DNA of 64,000 nt, taken from contig JBCCXZ010000009.1 of NCBI GenBank assembly GCA_039190745.1, forward strand, positions 1-64,000, read 5' to 3'. The stretch's first letter is position 1. Each line of letters opens with the position of its first letter. Origin of the DNA: Planctomycetota bacterium. Lineage in GTDB: Bacteria; Planctomycetota; Planctomycetia; Pirellulales; Lacipirellulaceae. The translations under genes and the position numbers were made by a program. The notes under the pieces are model-generated. The model was not told where the DNA came from, did no database searches, and saw only the letters and a list, made by a program, of their open reading frames with translations. Shown here piece by piece: positions 14,401 to 24,285 of this stretch.

Positions 14401-14507
14401 CGTTTGCCGTCGACCGCGTGCGCCGGGTTCGTTGTCGCCAAGGCAACGCATACGCCGAACGCAGCAAGCACCGCAGGCGAGCTGAAGCCGTGTTGCCTGT
14501 TTCTCAT
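11469..14507 (-). CDS. PEP-CTERM surface protein: GH128 + autotransporter-associated beta-strand repeat + LamG-like module + dockerin-like Ca-binding repeat
   Basis: WYYHW, LNEPE, PLWITEFA; LTKQGTGTLRL..NTYEG.T; DFDFDGDVD; VPEPS-TM-RRR. An RBS (GAGGAG) precedes ATG 14507. Confidence 0.88.
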   Translation of the reverse strand: MRNRQHGFSSPAVLAAFGVCVALATTNPAHAVDGKRGWAGGQEGLADAGNANWYYHWWHTKPTGDATANAEWIPLVKYLDKFTPLQSKLDTITGYNDVDTILVLNEPERESQSDVSVTDAIAAWPSFEATGMNLITPGISDDPDGRAWIDDFMTQANANNYRMDGFAFHWYGASSPNGTAAANNFLSRVDYYWNTYGLPLWITEFAIHDWNGLYTDQQIRDANEEFLDIVIPQLESRSYVEAYSFYQSFDDSRVVEDVGGILTPTNVGDAYIPAYTPGETYDLAGADDSQKIAYLKGGTLTNSGAVSPGVKSVYAVEGHSLTSGVNDFSVSGAGWVEINAGATLEKTGANTVRLVGADINNRGSLIATSGSLSLEGGVQVAGTGAFDLHPGATISLGSAGDRAGADLAQDMQLRGGAIHSNPILDGTHSVSGTSTLHNTSRFSGDGLLVVNGSLVAPAGGGGGGLTKQGTGTLRLNNAGNTYEGPTAIEGGTLKLGAAATLSGTPSIEVEETGHFDVTSHGGGYTLNGQSLVLKGQVSGTLHATAGSTVTVLSSSASIVGDLTVSASTVSVGGTGFSQAPPLPSIVSAGLELNYDAALDVSGDATWSNAGAAVGDLTFGAAASATPVSDPAFPGIQAAYHIPTTGGASGLNGFFDLNGPRSLQDASFEVVFHVADASSAGDQVLFEAGGADRGVSLLLDNGSLSFNVNGDGAGSTTFSLSQSLGVGWHHAVGVIDLTGTNDNLANDSISLYVNNTLVGTLDNLLIDDWSGGNIAGVGEFADALGAGGSPVAYHDSVAAVRYYNNSVFDAADVEQNYLALVGVGATPPTTMHIDGNYTQNADGTLEIDLLDPATHDMLDVTGAATLGGLLDVSDVAGFAPDFGDSFTLVEADGGILGEFDTITLPSLAAGQVFVVDYTSTAVTLTVAGSVADFDFDGDVDDQDLAKWQTAFGMNAEGDADGDGDSDLQDLLVWQSEYTGSLTLPAASAVPEPSGVLLAALATLAAYGRRRMTR

Positions 14508-14612
14508 TGTGTTCCGTCTCCTCTCGACCCCGCGGTTGCGGGGCCTGTTCGGCTTCGGCAGCGGTCGCGGCTTGCCGGCGACGACCGCTGCCAAAGCCTG
14601 GTTGATCCGTCG

Positions 14613-17600
14613 CTAAGCTAGGCCGTCGTTACGCCGCGAACTGCGCCGACGCCGCAGGGCGAGCCCGGCGATCCCTGAGAGCAGCATCGCCGCCGAGGCG
14701 GGTTCGGGCACCGCGCCCACCGCGCTAACCGAGCCGCCGGTGAAGGACGACTCCCACAATGCCAGGTCGGCGGGGCTGAACGGGTTCGGCGAGCCGCCGC
14801 GCTGCCAGAGCAGCAAATCGGCCACGTCGACGTCGCCGTCGAAGTCGAAGTCGCCATTGGCGGAGGCGCTGATGACCTCAACGATGCCGGTCGTCAGCAA
14901 CGCGGACGTGTCCAGGGCCAATCCGCCGCCCAGGCCCGAGACGCTGATCGACGAGAAGCTGCCCGAGGCGCTCCCGAAGTCGAGCAGGTCGAACGTCTCT
15001 CCCAGGGCGACCGTTCCGGCGACGCTGATGTCCAGCACGCCGGCCGCGGTGAGGGCGCCTTCCACGTCGACCAGGTCGCTGCCGAGCACCGCGTCGAAGA
15101 TGTCGAGTTCGAGCGTGGCGGTGGGGTCGAGCGTCAGGTCGCCGTCGACGGCGAGGGTCGCCACATCGATGAACGGGCCGTTCTGCAGCGCGGCGAAGTT
15201 AGCGCTGACGTCGCTCGACGAGAAAGCGGTCTGGTAGTAGCGGGCCGCGGCGATCTCGCCGTGGAAGTCGATCGGATTGGCCAACGCCTGCTCGGTCGCC
15301 GGCGTGGGGTCGAGGACCGAGGAGTTCGCACCGCCGACGGCCCATCCGTTGCCGCCCGCGTAGTCATCGATCTGGGCCATCTGCCCCCCGCCGATCAGCA
15401 TGTCGTTCACGTAGAGGCTGAACGTGTCGTCGAGGCTGGTGCTGTTGGGGTCGACGTCGTTGATGACGACGACGGCGTGGTGCCAACCGGTCGACAGCGT
15501 CGTGAACGCGGCGGTAGTCACAGACGCATTACCGTTGACGCCGGCGTTGAGGGTGCTCCCGTCGAGGGTGAGCGAGATACCTCGCGTGGCGCTGATGTCC
15601 AGCAGCACTTGCTCGTTGCCGGCATTGGTGTCGGTGACGTTGAACACAATCTCGAAGGTGCCGCTATTGGTGCCTCGGAAGTCGAAGAAGCCGTTTTCAG
15701 AACCCGGGGGCAGCGCCGCGCCGGCAGAACCGATGTCGTAGGCGGCGGTGATGCCGGGGAACGAGACGTCGTTGACCGGCACGGTCGAGGCGACTCCTCC
15801 CGAAAAGGAGAGGTTCACGTCGCCGACACCAGAAGACTCGGTCCAAAGGCCGTCGCCTGTCTGGTCGAGCGAGGCGTCGTAGTTCAGTTGCAGCCCGGTA
15901 GTGACCGACGGGGTTCCGCCGGCGACGCCGCCGACGCGTACCGTCGAGCTCGCGGCGGTGGTGACGTTGCCCGCCACCCGGCCGGCCGCGTCGAAGGTCT
16001 GGCCGGAAAGGGCCAGCGTGCCGCCGGCTGCGGTGACGTCGACGGTGGTGTTGTCCCGCACGTTGACAACCGCGGAGTTGAGCGACGCCGCGCCCTGCAG
16101 GGCCACTGTGCCGCCGCCGTCGATGGTGGTGTTGCCCGAGTGGGAGATGCTGCTGTTGACGACCAGGAGTCGGTCGGTCTCCGCCAGCAGGGTGAGGTCG
16201 CCCGTGCCGCCGATGCCGCCGGTGACGATAAGCCCGGGGTTCACTCCGTTGCCGGAGTTGGTGCTCACGGCGCCGCCCGTCCCGCCGAGGGTGATGGCGC
16301 CGGCCCAGGTAACGTTCCCTCGGCTGGCAAGTGGTACGAAATCGTCCGAGGGGCTTGTCGCCGCCAGCCGCGAGCCGTTGTTGAGCGTCACTGCCTGGTT
16401 GATCGTCTGGTTGGCGAAGTACCCCAGCTCGAGGCCGGAGTTGTTGTTCACCGTGAACGACCCCGTGCCGCCGGCGGAGGCGTTCCGCAGGCGTAGCGTT
16501 CCTTTGTTCACGGTCGAACCGCCGGAGTAGGTGCTCACGCCGTTGAGGTCGACGAAGCCGTTGCTGACCTCGACGCCGCCAGTGCCGGAGATCGACGGGG
16601 TCACGAAGCCGTAACCGGTGCGGTTGAACTCAAGCGTGCCGGAGTTGTTCACCGCGGTGCCAGCGGCGATGCTGCCGGTGTTGCTGACCCCGTCGCCGAC
16701 GGTGAGCCGGGCGGTGCTGGCGATGTTGACCTCGGCGGCTGCGTTCGACTGGGTCACGACAACGCGGGCACCTGCGTTCAGGTCGATCGACCCAGCGCCT
16801 TGGATCTCCCCGCCGGTGAGGGTGTAAGTATCGACGGTATTGTTGAAGACCACGCCGCCCGGGGTGACCGGTCCGGCGATGTTGACGGTGGTCTGGCCCG
16901 TGCCGTCGCCGAAGGTGGCCGTGTCGAGGTCGAAGAGGCGGCCGTCGGTCGTGGACCAGTTGGCGGTGGTGCCGACGTCCCAGGTGTTGTTGACGCCGCC
17001 GACCCACGCACCCGTTTGCGCGGGCGAGAAGCTTACCGTGACGGTGTCCGATACGGTATCGACGTTGACGACGATGCTGTCGTCCTGCCGGGTGTTGAAG
17101 GTGTTGCCGTCGGCGTCCTGCAGGCTGACGTTGAAGTCGCCCGCGTTGGCCGTGCCTGTGAGCGTACCCGCGGACATGATGGTGTAGGGGCCTGCGGCAA
17201 GGCTGCCCTCGACGGGAACGACGTTCAGTGTGTACGCCCCGGTCCCGCTCGCGTTGAGCGTGAGGGTGTTGGAGACGTCGATCAGGTCGTTGACGCCGGA
17301 GCCGACGGTGTTGGTGTTGCCCAGCTCGTAGTTCAGGGCGCCGTTGGGGTTGGCCTGCGTCTGGTTGATGGACAGGTTGCCGGTGACATTGAGCGTCCCG
17401 GTCGAGTCGCCCGGGGCGATGACCGCGTCTTCGAAGACCTGGAGCGTGCCGGTTCCCGCGTTGACCGTTCCGCCGCCGCTAAGGGTCTGGCCGATTTCGT
17501 CGCCGTTGAACGGGACCTGGTCTGGGTCTTCGACGACTTGGAGCGAGTAGGCGCTGAAGTCTGAAATGTCAAAGGTGCCGCCGCTCTGCACGTCGATCGT

Positions 17601-19631
17601 GCGGCTGGCCAGCTCGCCGTCGTTGCTGCCGTCCTGCAGGACGGCGAGGGTGCCCGACTCGATAGTCGTGTTGTTGCCCCACTTGCTGCCGGTGGCGTTG
17701 GAGGTGTCGAGCGAGTCGACCGCCGTCGCGATCGTGACTTGGTCGGTCGGGTCGTCGAGTGCGACGACGACGTTGACGTTGTTCCCGCGGATCGAGCCAC
17801 TGCCGGGTGTCGCGGCGTCGCCGATCTGGAAATCGCCCGTCCCACGGAACTGGAACGTGAAGAAGTCGTTCTCGACGGTGTAGGTGAGGGGCGTATCGAG
17901 AGTGAGAGTGGTTCCCTCGGCGGTGTTCTCGAACCGGGCGTTGCCGAACTCGCCGCCCCCGGCTTCGATCGTGCCGGTGATGGTGTTGTTTCCGGCGGTG
18001 TTGCGGATGTGCGCCTCTTGGACGCCGTTGAAGCGTGACAGAAGCCGGTTGAAGTTTTCGGTGATGGTGAGGGCTCCACCGGAGCCGTCGATCTCGACCG
18101 TGCCGCCGTCCTGTCCGACCTGCGTGTCGCCGGAGCCGGTGCCGAGGCCGCCCGCGCTGTCGACCACGAGGGCTCCTCCGTTGACAAAGATATCGCCGTT
18201 GAACCCGGCGGCGTTGGAGAGCTTCGCGGCCCCGTCGCCAGACTTGACGAAGTTGTTCGAGCCCGTGAGCGAACTCGTCACGTCAACCGTGTTGGCGGAG
18301 TCGGAGACGTTTAGGGTGGCGCCTGAGTTGAGTGTCAGCGACCGCGAGAGCGTGTTGAACGTAGTGCCGTCAATCCGGAGGACGCCGCCGTCGAAGACGA
18401 CGCCGTTGACGGCGTTGCCGAGGTTGGCGTTGCTGCTCACCGCGAGTGTGCCCGACGAAATGGTGTTCGCGCCCGTGTAGGTGTTGCTGCCCGAGAGCGC
18501 AACCGTGCCCGTGCCCGTCTTGGTCAGGCCGGCAGAGCCGGCGATCGGGGCGGCGATCTCGTGGGCGCCCTGGCTGACGCGGAGCTCGGCGTTTCCAGAG
18601 AGGGTGAGCGTCCCGCCGCCGGCGGCGACGGTGTAGCCGTCGGCGTCAGCGAGCTGCAGACCGCCGAGGTTGGTGTTCACGTTCAGCGTGACGGTGCGGG
18701 GCGCCGAGATGGCGGAGCCGAGGATGGCGTCCTCGCCGGGCGTGCCGACGCCGGGGCTGACGCCGCCGGTCCAGTTGCCGCCGGTCCCCCACAGGCCGTT
18801 GCCGTCGACGTTCCACGAAGCGGCCGGTGCGACCACGGCGTTGTAGTTGGCCAGCACCTGCGTGCCGGTCAGCGCCTGGTCGTAGTAACGGTAGAGGTGG
18901 AGGGCGCCGTTGAAGTCGTCGCCGGTGTCGTTGCCTGGGACCTGGCCGTCGATCGGGTGGGTCGCACCGCCGAAGCTGCCGAGGCCGCCCTGGTTGCCGC
19001 CGGCCCAGTCGTCGATGTTGGTCAGCGTCCCGGAGGTGTCGCCGATGAAGGCGCCGTTGAGGTAGAGCGAGATGAAGTCGTCCGCGGAGTTGTTGTTCGT
19101 TACGTTCACCACGCCGACCACCTGGTGCCAATCGGTGTTGGCGAGCGTCGTCGAGATCGAGGTGCTGGCGTTGCCGTTGGCGAGGAACTCGAGGTTGTTG
19201 CCGTCGAGCGAGATGATGGTGCCGCGTCCGGCGCCGCCGGTCTCTTGGATGATCTGGTCGGCGGTCGAGAGGTCGTTGGGCTTAAACCACACCTCGAACG
19301 TCGCGTTGCGGCGGCTGGCCTGCCCGACGCCGCCCAGCGTTTGGTCGTAGGCGTTGGAGAGGCCGTCGGCGCCGACCGTGTGCGCGAAGAGATTCAGCGT
19401 GCCGTCGGAGACCTGCCCGGCGGTGGGGGTTGCCCCGCCCACGAAGGTAAGTGTCTCGAACCCGAAAAGGCCGGTCTCGGTCCACGTGGCGTCGCCGCCG
19501 GCGTCTTGTGAGGCGTCGAACTCGAAGAGCGATCCAATGGTTTCAAAACCGAAAGCCGAAGGCGCCGGCGCCGCGAGGCACGCAGCCGTCAGCATGGCAC
19601 AAAAACGAGTGAAGCCGCACTTACCGAACAT
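14613..19631 (-). CDS. Giant PEP-CTERM protein with beta-strand repeats and two LamG-like modules
   Basis: GLTKTGTGTVALSGSNTYTG repeats, DFDFDGDVD and VPEPAS-TM-RRRR. GGAGG precedes ATG 19631. Confidence 0.88.
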   Translation of the reverse strand: MFGKCGFTRFCAMLTAACLAAPAPSAFGFETIGSLFEFDASQDAGGDATWTETGLFGFETLTFVGGATPTAGQVSDGTLNLFAHTVGADGLSNAYDQTLGGVGQASRRNATFEVWFKPNDLSTADQIIQETGGAGRGTIISLDGNNLEFLANGNASTSISTTLANTDWHQVVGVVNVTNNNSADDFISLYLNGAFIGDTSGTLTNIDDWAGGNQGGLGSFGGATHPIDGQVPGNDTGDDFNGALHLYRYYDQALTGTQVLANYNAVVAPAASWNVDGNGLWGTGGNWTGGVSPGVGTPGEDAILGSAISAPRTVTLNVNTNLGGLQLADADGYTVAAGGGTLTLSGNAELRVSQGAHEIAAPIAGSAGLTKTGTGTVALSGSNTYTGANTISSGTLAVSSNANLGNAVNGVVFDGGVLRIDGTTFNTLSRSLTLNSGATLNVSDSANTVDVTSSLTGSNNFVKSGDGAAKLSNAAGFNGDIFVNGGALVVDSAGGLGTGSGDTQVGQDGGTVEIDGSGGALTITENFNRLLSRFNGVQEAHIRNTAGNNTITGTIEAGGGEFGNARFENTAEGTTLTLDTPLTYTVENDFFTFQFRGTGDFQIGDAATPGSGSIRGNNVNVVVALDDPTDQVTIATAVDSLDTSNATGSKWGNNTTIESGTLAVLQDGSNDGELASRTIDVQSGGTFDISDFSAYSLQVVEDPDQVPFNGDEIGQTLSGGGTVNAGTGTLQVFEDAVIAPGDSTGTLNVTGNLSINQTQANPNGALNYELGNTNTVGSGVNDLIDVSNTLTLNASGTGAYTLNVVPVEGSLAAGPYTIMSAGTLTGTANAGDFNVSLQDADGNTFNTRQDDSIVVNVDTVSDTVTVSFSPAQTGAWVGGVNNTWDVGTTANWSTTDGRLFDLDTATFGDGTGQTTVNIAGPVTPGGVVFNNTVDTYTLTGGEIQGAGSIDLNAGARVVVTQSNAAAEVNIASTARLTVGDGVSNTGSIAAGTAVNNSGTLEFNRTGYGFVTPSISGTGGVEVSNGFVDLNGVSTYSGGSTVNKGTLRLRNASAGGTGSFTVNNNSGLELGYFANQTINQAVTLNNGSRLAATSPSDDFVPLASRGNVTWAGAITLGGTGGAVSTNSGNGVNPGLIVTGGIGGTGDLTLLAETDRLLVVNSSISHSGNTTIDGGGTVALQGAASLNSAVVNVRDNTTVDVTAAGGTLALSGQTFDAAGRVAGNVTTAASSTVRVGGVAGGTPSVTTGLQLNYDASLDQTGDGLWTESSGVGDVNLSFSGGVASTVPVNDVSFPGITAAYDIGSAGAALPPGSENGFFDFRGTNSGTFEIVFNVTDTNAGNEQVLLDISATRGISLTLDGSTLNAGVNGNASVTTAAFTTLSTGWHHAVVVINDVDPNSTSLDDTFSLYVNDMLIGGGQMAQIDDYAGGNGWAVGGANSSVLDPTPATEQALANPIDFHGEIAAARYYQTAFSSSDVSANFAALQNGPFIDVATLAVDGDLTLDPTATLELDIFDAVLGSDLVDVEGALTAAGVLDISVAGTVALGETFDLLDFGSASGSFSSISVSGLGGGLALDTSALLTTGIVEVISASANGDFDFDGDVDVADLLLWQRGGSPNPFSPADLALWESSFTGGSVSAVGAVPEPASAAMLLSGIAGLALRRRRSSRRNDGLA

Positions 19632-19730
19632 GGATATCCCCCTCCAAGAAGAGCAAAGCATCAAGGTGTGAAATGTGTGTTTCATGGATCTCATCAGATG
19701 TCGCATCGGGCCGCGCTTGGGCGGCCTCTG

Positions 19731-22700
19731 TTATCGGCCCCGCGGAGGGCCGAGCTGGGTTGGTAGAAACGCCGGGGTCGATCGGAAGCACGAAAACCAG
19801 CGGCAGGTGCACCCCAGCACTATTACCCCGCAGCTCAGGCCAGCGGCGGCCGATGGCTCGGGAACGCCGAGCACCGCGTTGACCGTAGTGTTGTCGCTAA
19901 ACGCGTCGCGCCAGATGGCGAGGTCGCCCCCGTCGACGACGCCGCTGCCGTCGGCGTCGCCGTTGGTGTTGTCGCTCTGGCCCGTGAGACCGAAACCGCG
20001 TTGCAGGATGAGCAGATCGCCGAGGTCGACGTCGCCGTCGTTGTCGAAGTCGGCGCCGAAGATGACGCTCAGCGTGACGGCGTTTGCGGAGTACTCGACT
20101 TGCCAGTGGAGGCCGGGCATGACGGGCAGGTTTACGGCGTCGAACTCGCCCGAGAGGCCGCCGTCGGCGGTGAGGACGGTAAACACATCCCCGACCGCAG
20201 GCGCGAAGCCGGCGACCTCGCCCACCTGCAGTACGCCGTCGACGACGGCGGCGCCGGTGACGTTCACCGCGTCGAAATCGGTGGTGTCGAGCAGGTCGAT
20301 CTCGAGCGTGGCCGCATCGTGCTGGGTGTAGTCGCCCTCGATCGCCAAATGGGTAGGGCCGGTCGAGCCGCCGACGGGGTCGACCATCGCGGCCAAGAAG
20401 TTCTGGTTGACTTCGCTGAGGCCAAAGGCCTCGTTCTGGTAGTAGCGGACGATGCCGATCTCGCCGTGGTAGGGGATCGGGTTCGCGGCGCCGGCTCCGG
20501 GGGAACTCGCCACGTCGCCGATGCCGGAATTGTTCCCGCCGGCCCAGTCGTCGATCAGGAGGTTATTGAGCGTGCCGACGAGCGTGTTGTCGACAAACAG
20601 GCTCATCGAGTCGTTCGCAAGATCATCGCGGTTGCCGACCAGGTCGATCACACCCACGGCCTGATGCCAACCGACTCCCAGCTGCTGTGTGATTGAGGAC
20701 GTCGCGGACGCGTCGCCGTTGACGTCGAAGCTGAGCGTGTCTCCGTCGAGTTGGAACGACACGCCCCGGCCGGCGCCGCCCGCCTCGAACAGGATCTGAT
20801 CGTTGCCGGCGTTGGTGTCGGAAACGTGGAACCACACCTCAAAAGTCGCGTCTTGCACGCTGCGCGGGCCGTTGTTCTCGAAGTAGTTGCCGGCCAGCCC
20901 CTCCGCCCCGCCGGTGACGGCGATGTCGTAGGCGGCGGTGATGGCTGGGAACACCGGGTTATTGACTGCGGAAGCCGGCGCAGGGCCGGCAAACGTCAGC
21001 GATTGCCCGCTGGCGGCGTCGACCCAGGCGGCGTCCCCCGGGGTGTCGAGCACCGCGTCGAAGTTGAGCGTCAGCCCGTCGGTCACGATGGGCGAGGGCG
21101 TCGGGGCCCCCGACACCTCGTTGAAGCCCGCGCCGCCGACCACGATGCCTGAGCCGGCGTGGGCGACGAGGTCTCCGCGGAACTGACCGTTGGTCAGGGC
21201 CAGCGAGCCGCTCTGGACGCTGAACGCGCCGGAGATGTCGACGCCCCCGCCGAGCGTCAGGTCGCTGGAGCCGGCCTTGGTCACACTGCGCCCAGGGCGG
21301 AACTCACGCACCTCGCCGTTGATCTCGAAGTTCTGATTGCCGTCGCCCTGGATCGTCAAGTCGTCGTAGACCTCGATATCGGCGTCGATCTTGAAGGTGA
21401 AAGCCTTCGGGGCGGCGTCGGAGGCGTCGAGGTTGATCTGCGGCGCTGCGCCGGCGAGGCTCTTGGTCATCATCAGCGGCAGCCCGTTGACCGTGCCTGT
21501 GTGGCCGGGGTTCAGAGTGCCGGAGGAGCTGATCAGGTTGATCTTGTTAGCCATGTACGCAAGCCCGCCTACGGCCGCGAGGTCGTTGGAGACCGCGTAG
21601 TCGCCGCCCGCTTTGGCGCGGAAGGTGAGCTCGTTGTTGGCGTAGCCGTCGCGCCAACTGGCCGTGAACGATCCGGCGTTCGTGTCGCCGTTGGTCCAGG
21701 CGTTGGCGGTCGAGAAGAGGGCGTTCGCGGAGGCCTCTTCACGGAAACGGAAGTGGTCGAACTGGTTCGTCTCGTCAGCCTGGTTGTCGAACCGGGGCTT
21801 GTCCATCTGGACGTGGTAGCTGGCCAGGAGTTGGCGTCCCTGCTGCAGGACTGCTTCGTTGGCAGGTGCGTTGACGACGTTGTTCGACTCGTCGATGTCA
21901 TTGTCGAGGTCGTAGAGCTGGTAGCCTGTGCCGTTCTGGTACATGAACTTCCACTTGCCGAAACGCACCGCCGACTGTTGGTTGTTGTAGCGTGAGATAA
22001 ACAGGCTCTCGTGGGCGACGCCCGGCTGCGTGCCGTTGATGTAGGGCAGCAGGTTGACGCCGTCGATCACCGCGGATCCGCCGAACGACCCGCCGCCGGC
22101 CCCGACCAGGGCGGTCGGAACGATGTCGACGGAGTGGACGAGGTCGGCCGAGACGGTCCCGTGTTGGGCGGCGTTCACGCCGGCGCCGGCGACGATCATC
22201 GGCACCCGCATGCCCCCCTCGAACTGGCTCCCCTTGCCGTTGCGGAGGTCGCCGTTGTCGCTGGCGTTGGGCCCGACGTCGCAGCAGTCTCCCCCGTTGT
22301 CGTTGAGGAAGATGACCAGGGTGTCGTCGGCCAGGCTGTCGGCGTCGTTGCCCGGGCCTGTGCCGTCCCCTGCGGGGTCGGCGATCGCGTCGAGAATCTT
22401 GCCGACGTTGCGGTCCATCGCGTACTGCATCGCCGCGTAGGTGCGGCGGTTGCCCGTGAAGGCGGGCTCGTTGAGCGAATCGATAAAGGCCAAGTCGGCC
22501 GCGGTCGCCTGCAGGGGCGTGTGCGGCGCGGTGAACGAAGAGTAGAGGAAGAACGGGTCACTGCCGCCGGCCTTGCTCCTGATATAGTCCGCCGACTGAT
22601 CGCCGAAGACGTCCGTGACGTACTGGCCGCTGTAGTTGTTCTCGATCGATATCGTCGAAGAAATGCCGCCCGCTCCGTCGGAGAACGTTTCGCGGAGCTC

Positions 22701-23282
22701 GCCGTCGCCGCTGACCCCACCGACGTTGTAGTCGCGAGAACCGCCCCAGAGGCCCTGGAAGAACTCGACGCCTTGGTTCTCTGGCCGATTGCCGAGTTGG
22801 CCGCCGCCGTTCCCGTGGGAGCCGATGTGCCACTTGCCGACCGCGGCGGTGTCGTAGCCGGCGCCCTGCATGTGTTCCCAGACGGTAACGCTGCTGGTGG
22901 GCAAACCTTGCGGGTGGGCCGCGGTGTTGATGGGGCTGGAGTCGCTGACGATGTTCGAGGAGTACCCGAACCGCGAGCCGTACTGGCCCGTGGTGATCAT
23001 GGCCCGCGAGGGCGAGCAGACCGAGCCGGTGTAGGCGTTGGTGAAAGTGACGCCCATCGCGGCGAGAGCGTCGAGGTTGGGAGTGGGGACGCTGCCGCGG
23101 TTGCCGGGGTCAGCCGCGGCGTCGGCGGAACGCATAAAACCGTAGTCGGCCCAACCGGCGTCGTCGCTGACGATGACTACTACGTTCGACTGCGCGGCGC
23201 CCTCGTGCGGCAATGCGGCGAGCAGCACGCACGCAGCGAGTGCGCCGATCAGCCCGTCGATTCTCTTTGGAAGTTTCGTCAT
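19731..23282 (-). CDS. Sulfatase fused to LamG-like module, dockerin-like repeat and PEP-CTERM-like tail
   Basis: NVVVIVSDDAG, CSPSR, GKWH and NDNGG; ADFDNDGDVD; VPEPS. Confidence 0.88.
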   Translation of the reverse strand: MTKLPKRIDGLIGALAACVLLAALPHEGAAQSNVVVIVSDDAGWADYGFMRSADAAADPGNRGSVPTPNLDALAAMGVTFTNAYTGSVCSPSRAMITTGQYGSRFGYSSNIVSDSSPINTAAHPQGLPTSSVTVWEHMQGAGYDTAAVGKWHIGSHGNGGGQLGNRPENQGVEFFQGLWGGSRDYNVGGVSGDGELRETFSDGAGGISSTISIENNYSGQYVTDVFGDQSADYIRSKAGGSDPFFLYSSFTAPHTPLQATAADLAFIDSLNEPAFTGNRRTYAAMQYAMDRNVGKILDAIADPAGDGTGPGNDADSLADDTLVIFLNDNGGDCCDVGPNASDNGDLRNGKGSQFEGGMRVPMIVAGAGVNAAQHGTVSADLVHSVDIVPTALVGAGGGSFGGSAVIDGVNLLPYINGTQPGVAHESLFISRYNNQQSAVRFGKWKFMYQNGTGYQLYDLDNDIDESNNVVNAPANEAVLQQGRQLLASYHVQMDKPRFDNQADETNQFDHFRFREEASANALFSTANAWTNGDTNAGSFTASWRDGYANNELTFRAKAGGDYAVSNDLAAVGGLAYMANKINLISSSGTLNPGHTGTVNGLPLMMTKSLAGAAPQINLDASDAAPKAFTFKIDADIEVYDDLTIQGDGNQNFEINGEVREFRPGRSVTKAGSSDLTLGGGVDISGAFSVQSGSLALTNGQFRGDLVAHAGSGIVVGGAGFNEVSGAPTPSPIVTDGLTLNFDAVLDTPGDAAWVDAASGQSLTFAGPAPASAVNNPVFPAITAAYDIAVTGGAEGLAGNYFENNGPRSVQDATFEVWFHVSDTNAGNDQILFEAGGAGRGVSFQLDGDTLSFDVNGDASATSSITQQLGVGWHQAVGVIDLVGNRDDLANDSMSLFVDNTLVGTLNNLLIDDWAGGNNSGIGDVASSPGAGAANPIPYHGEIGIVRYYQNEAFGLSEVNQNFLAAMVDPVGGSTGPTHLAIEGDYTQHDAATLEIDLLDTTDFDAVNVTGAAVVDGVLQVGEVAGFAPAVGDVFTVLTADGGLSGEFDAVNLPVMPGLHWQVEYSANAVTLSVIFGADFDNDGDVDLGDLLILQRGFGLTGQSDNTNGDADGSGVVDGGDLAIWRDAFSDNTTVNAVLGVPEPSAAAGLSCGVIVLGCTCRWFSCFRSTPAFLPTQLGPPRGR

Positions 23283-23459
23283 ATCGTCTCTGGAGGCGCT
23301 CCGGCCCGTGCAAGGCCCTGCGCTTCCGGGGTGCGCATCTCTGGCTGAAGATTCTTGAGTGTGGTTCCGTGTGTCGCCGAATCGGCCGGCTGCGCTGCCC
23401 GACAGCCGGCGCGATTCAGCACCGGGCCCGCGGCTCGCAGGCCGCGTCCCGACTGCCGC

Positions 23460-24158
23460 CTATCGCCGTCGTCTGCTCGCGACCAACGCCAGCCCCAATG
23501 CCGCAACGCTCATCGAAACAGGTTCGGGGATGGAGGCGACCTTGCCTGCCACGGAGACCGCCAAGAACTTGTTCGGGGTGTTGCCGTTGTTGGTGTTGTA
23601 TTGCTGCAGTCGGTTGCCGGGGTTGTTGTTCCAGGACTTCAGGCCGAGCTGGCCGCTGTTGCTGAAGTTGATGCCGATCGACGTGGAGTTGGCGTCCGCA
23701 ACAAAAGTGACCGGCGTGTCGAAGTTGACGTAGTGGACGTCGGTTGTCGTGTCCGTATAGGTAGCGGTAGCGGTTCCGATCGAGCTGAGCCCGCCCCCGC
23801 CCGTAGGCCCCGTGCCGCCGGCTCCCTGGCGGATGTCGAATGTGAACGTGCCGGCGGCTGTGTTCCCGCGGACGTTAAGTGCCACGCCGGTGATCGATAC
23901 CGTGTCGCCGATATCCCAGAGCCCCGCGCCGGGGAGCAGGACGGTCGCAAACGTTGCAAACCCCGAAGCGAGGTTGATGTCGTTCTCACCGCCCGTCGCA
24001 GCGCCGTCGACGAACAGGGTGTCGCCAGTGCCGCCGTTGGTCGACAGCAGCTGACTGCCCCCGCCTACGGTGTAGCTCGTCTGGAGCGCGGCGGCCATTG
24101 CCGGCCCGGCCGGTAAGGCGAGCGCAAGGGCGACGGTGAAAGCAAGCGTGGTCTTCAT
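23460..24158 (-). CDS. Small PEP-CTERM protein
   Basis: Signal peptide MKTTLAF..., IPEPVS-TM-RRRR, and GAGG RBS. Confidence 0.85.
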   Translation of the reverse strand: MKTTLAFTVALALALPAGPAMAAALQTSYTVGGGSQLLSTNGGTGDTLFVDGAATGGENDINLASGFATFATVLLPGAGLWDIGDTVSITGVALNVRGNTAAGTFTFDIRQGAGGTGPTGGGGLSSIGTATATYTDTTTDVHYVNFDTPVTFVADANSTSIGINFSNSGQLGLKSWNNNPGNRLQQYNTNNGNTPNKFLAVSVAGKVASIPEPVSMSVAALGLALVASRRRR

Positions 24159-24285
24159 CAGCGTTACCTCAATCAAAGATGTGGAAGAGACAAGAAAAGG
24201 GTGCGAGCAAAGCCGCCACGACTGCTCGCGGCTGACCCCGTCTCGCCTAGCTACAAGTCAAAAAGTATGTGGTGATCGGCGTCGG

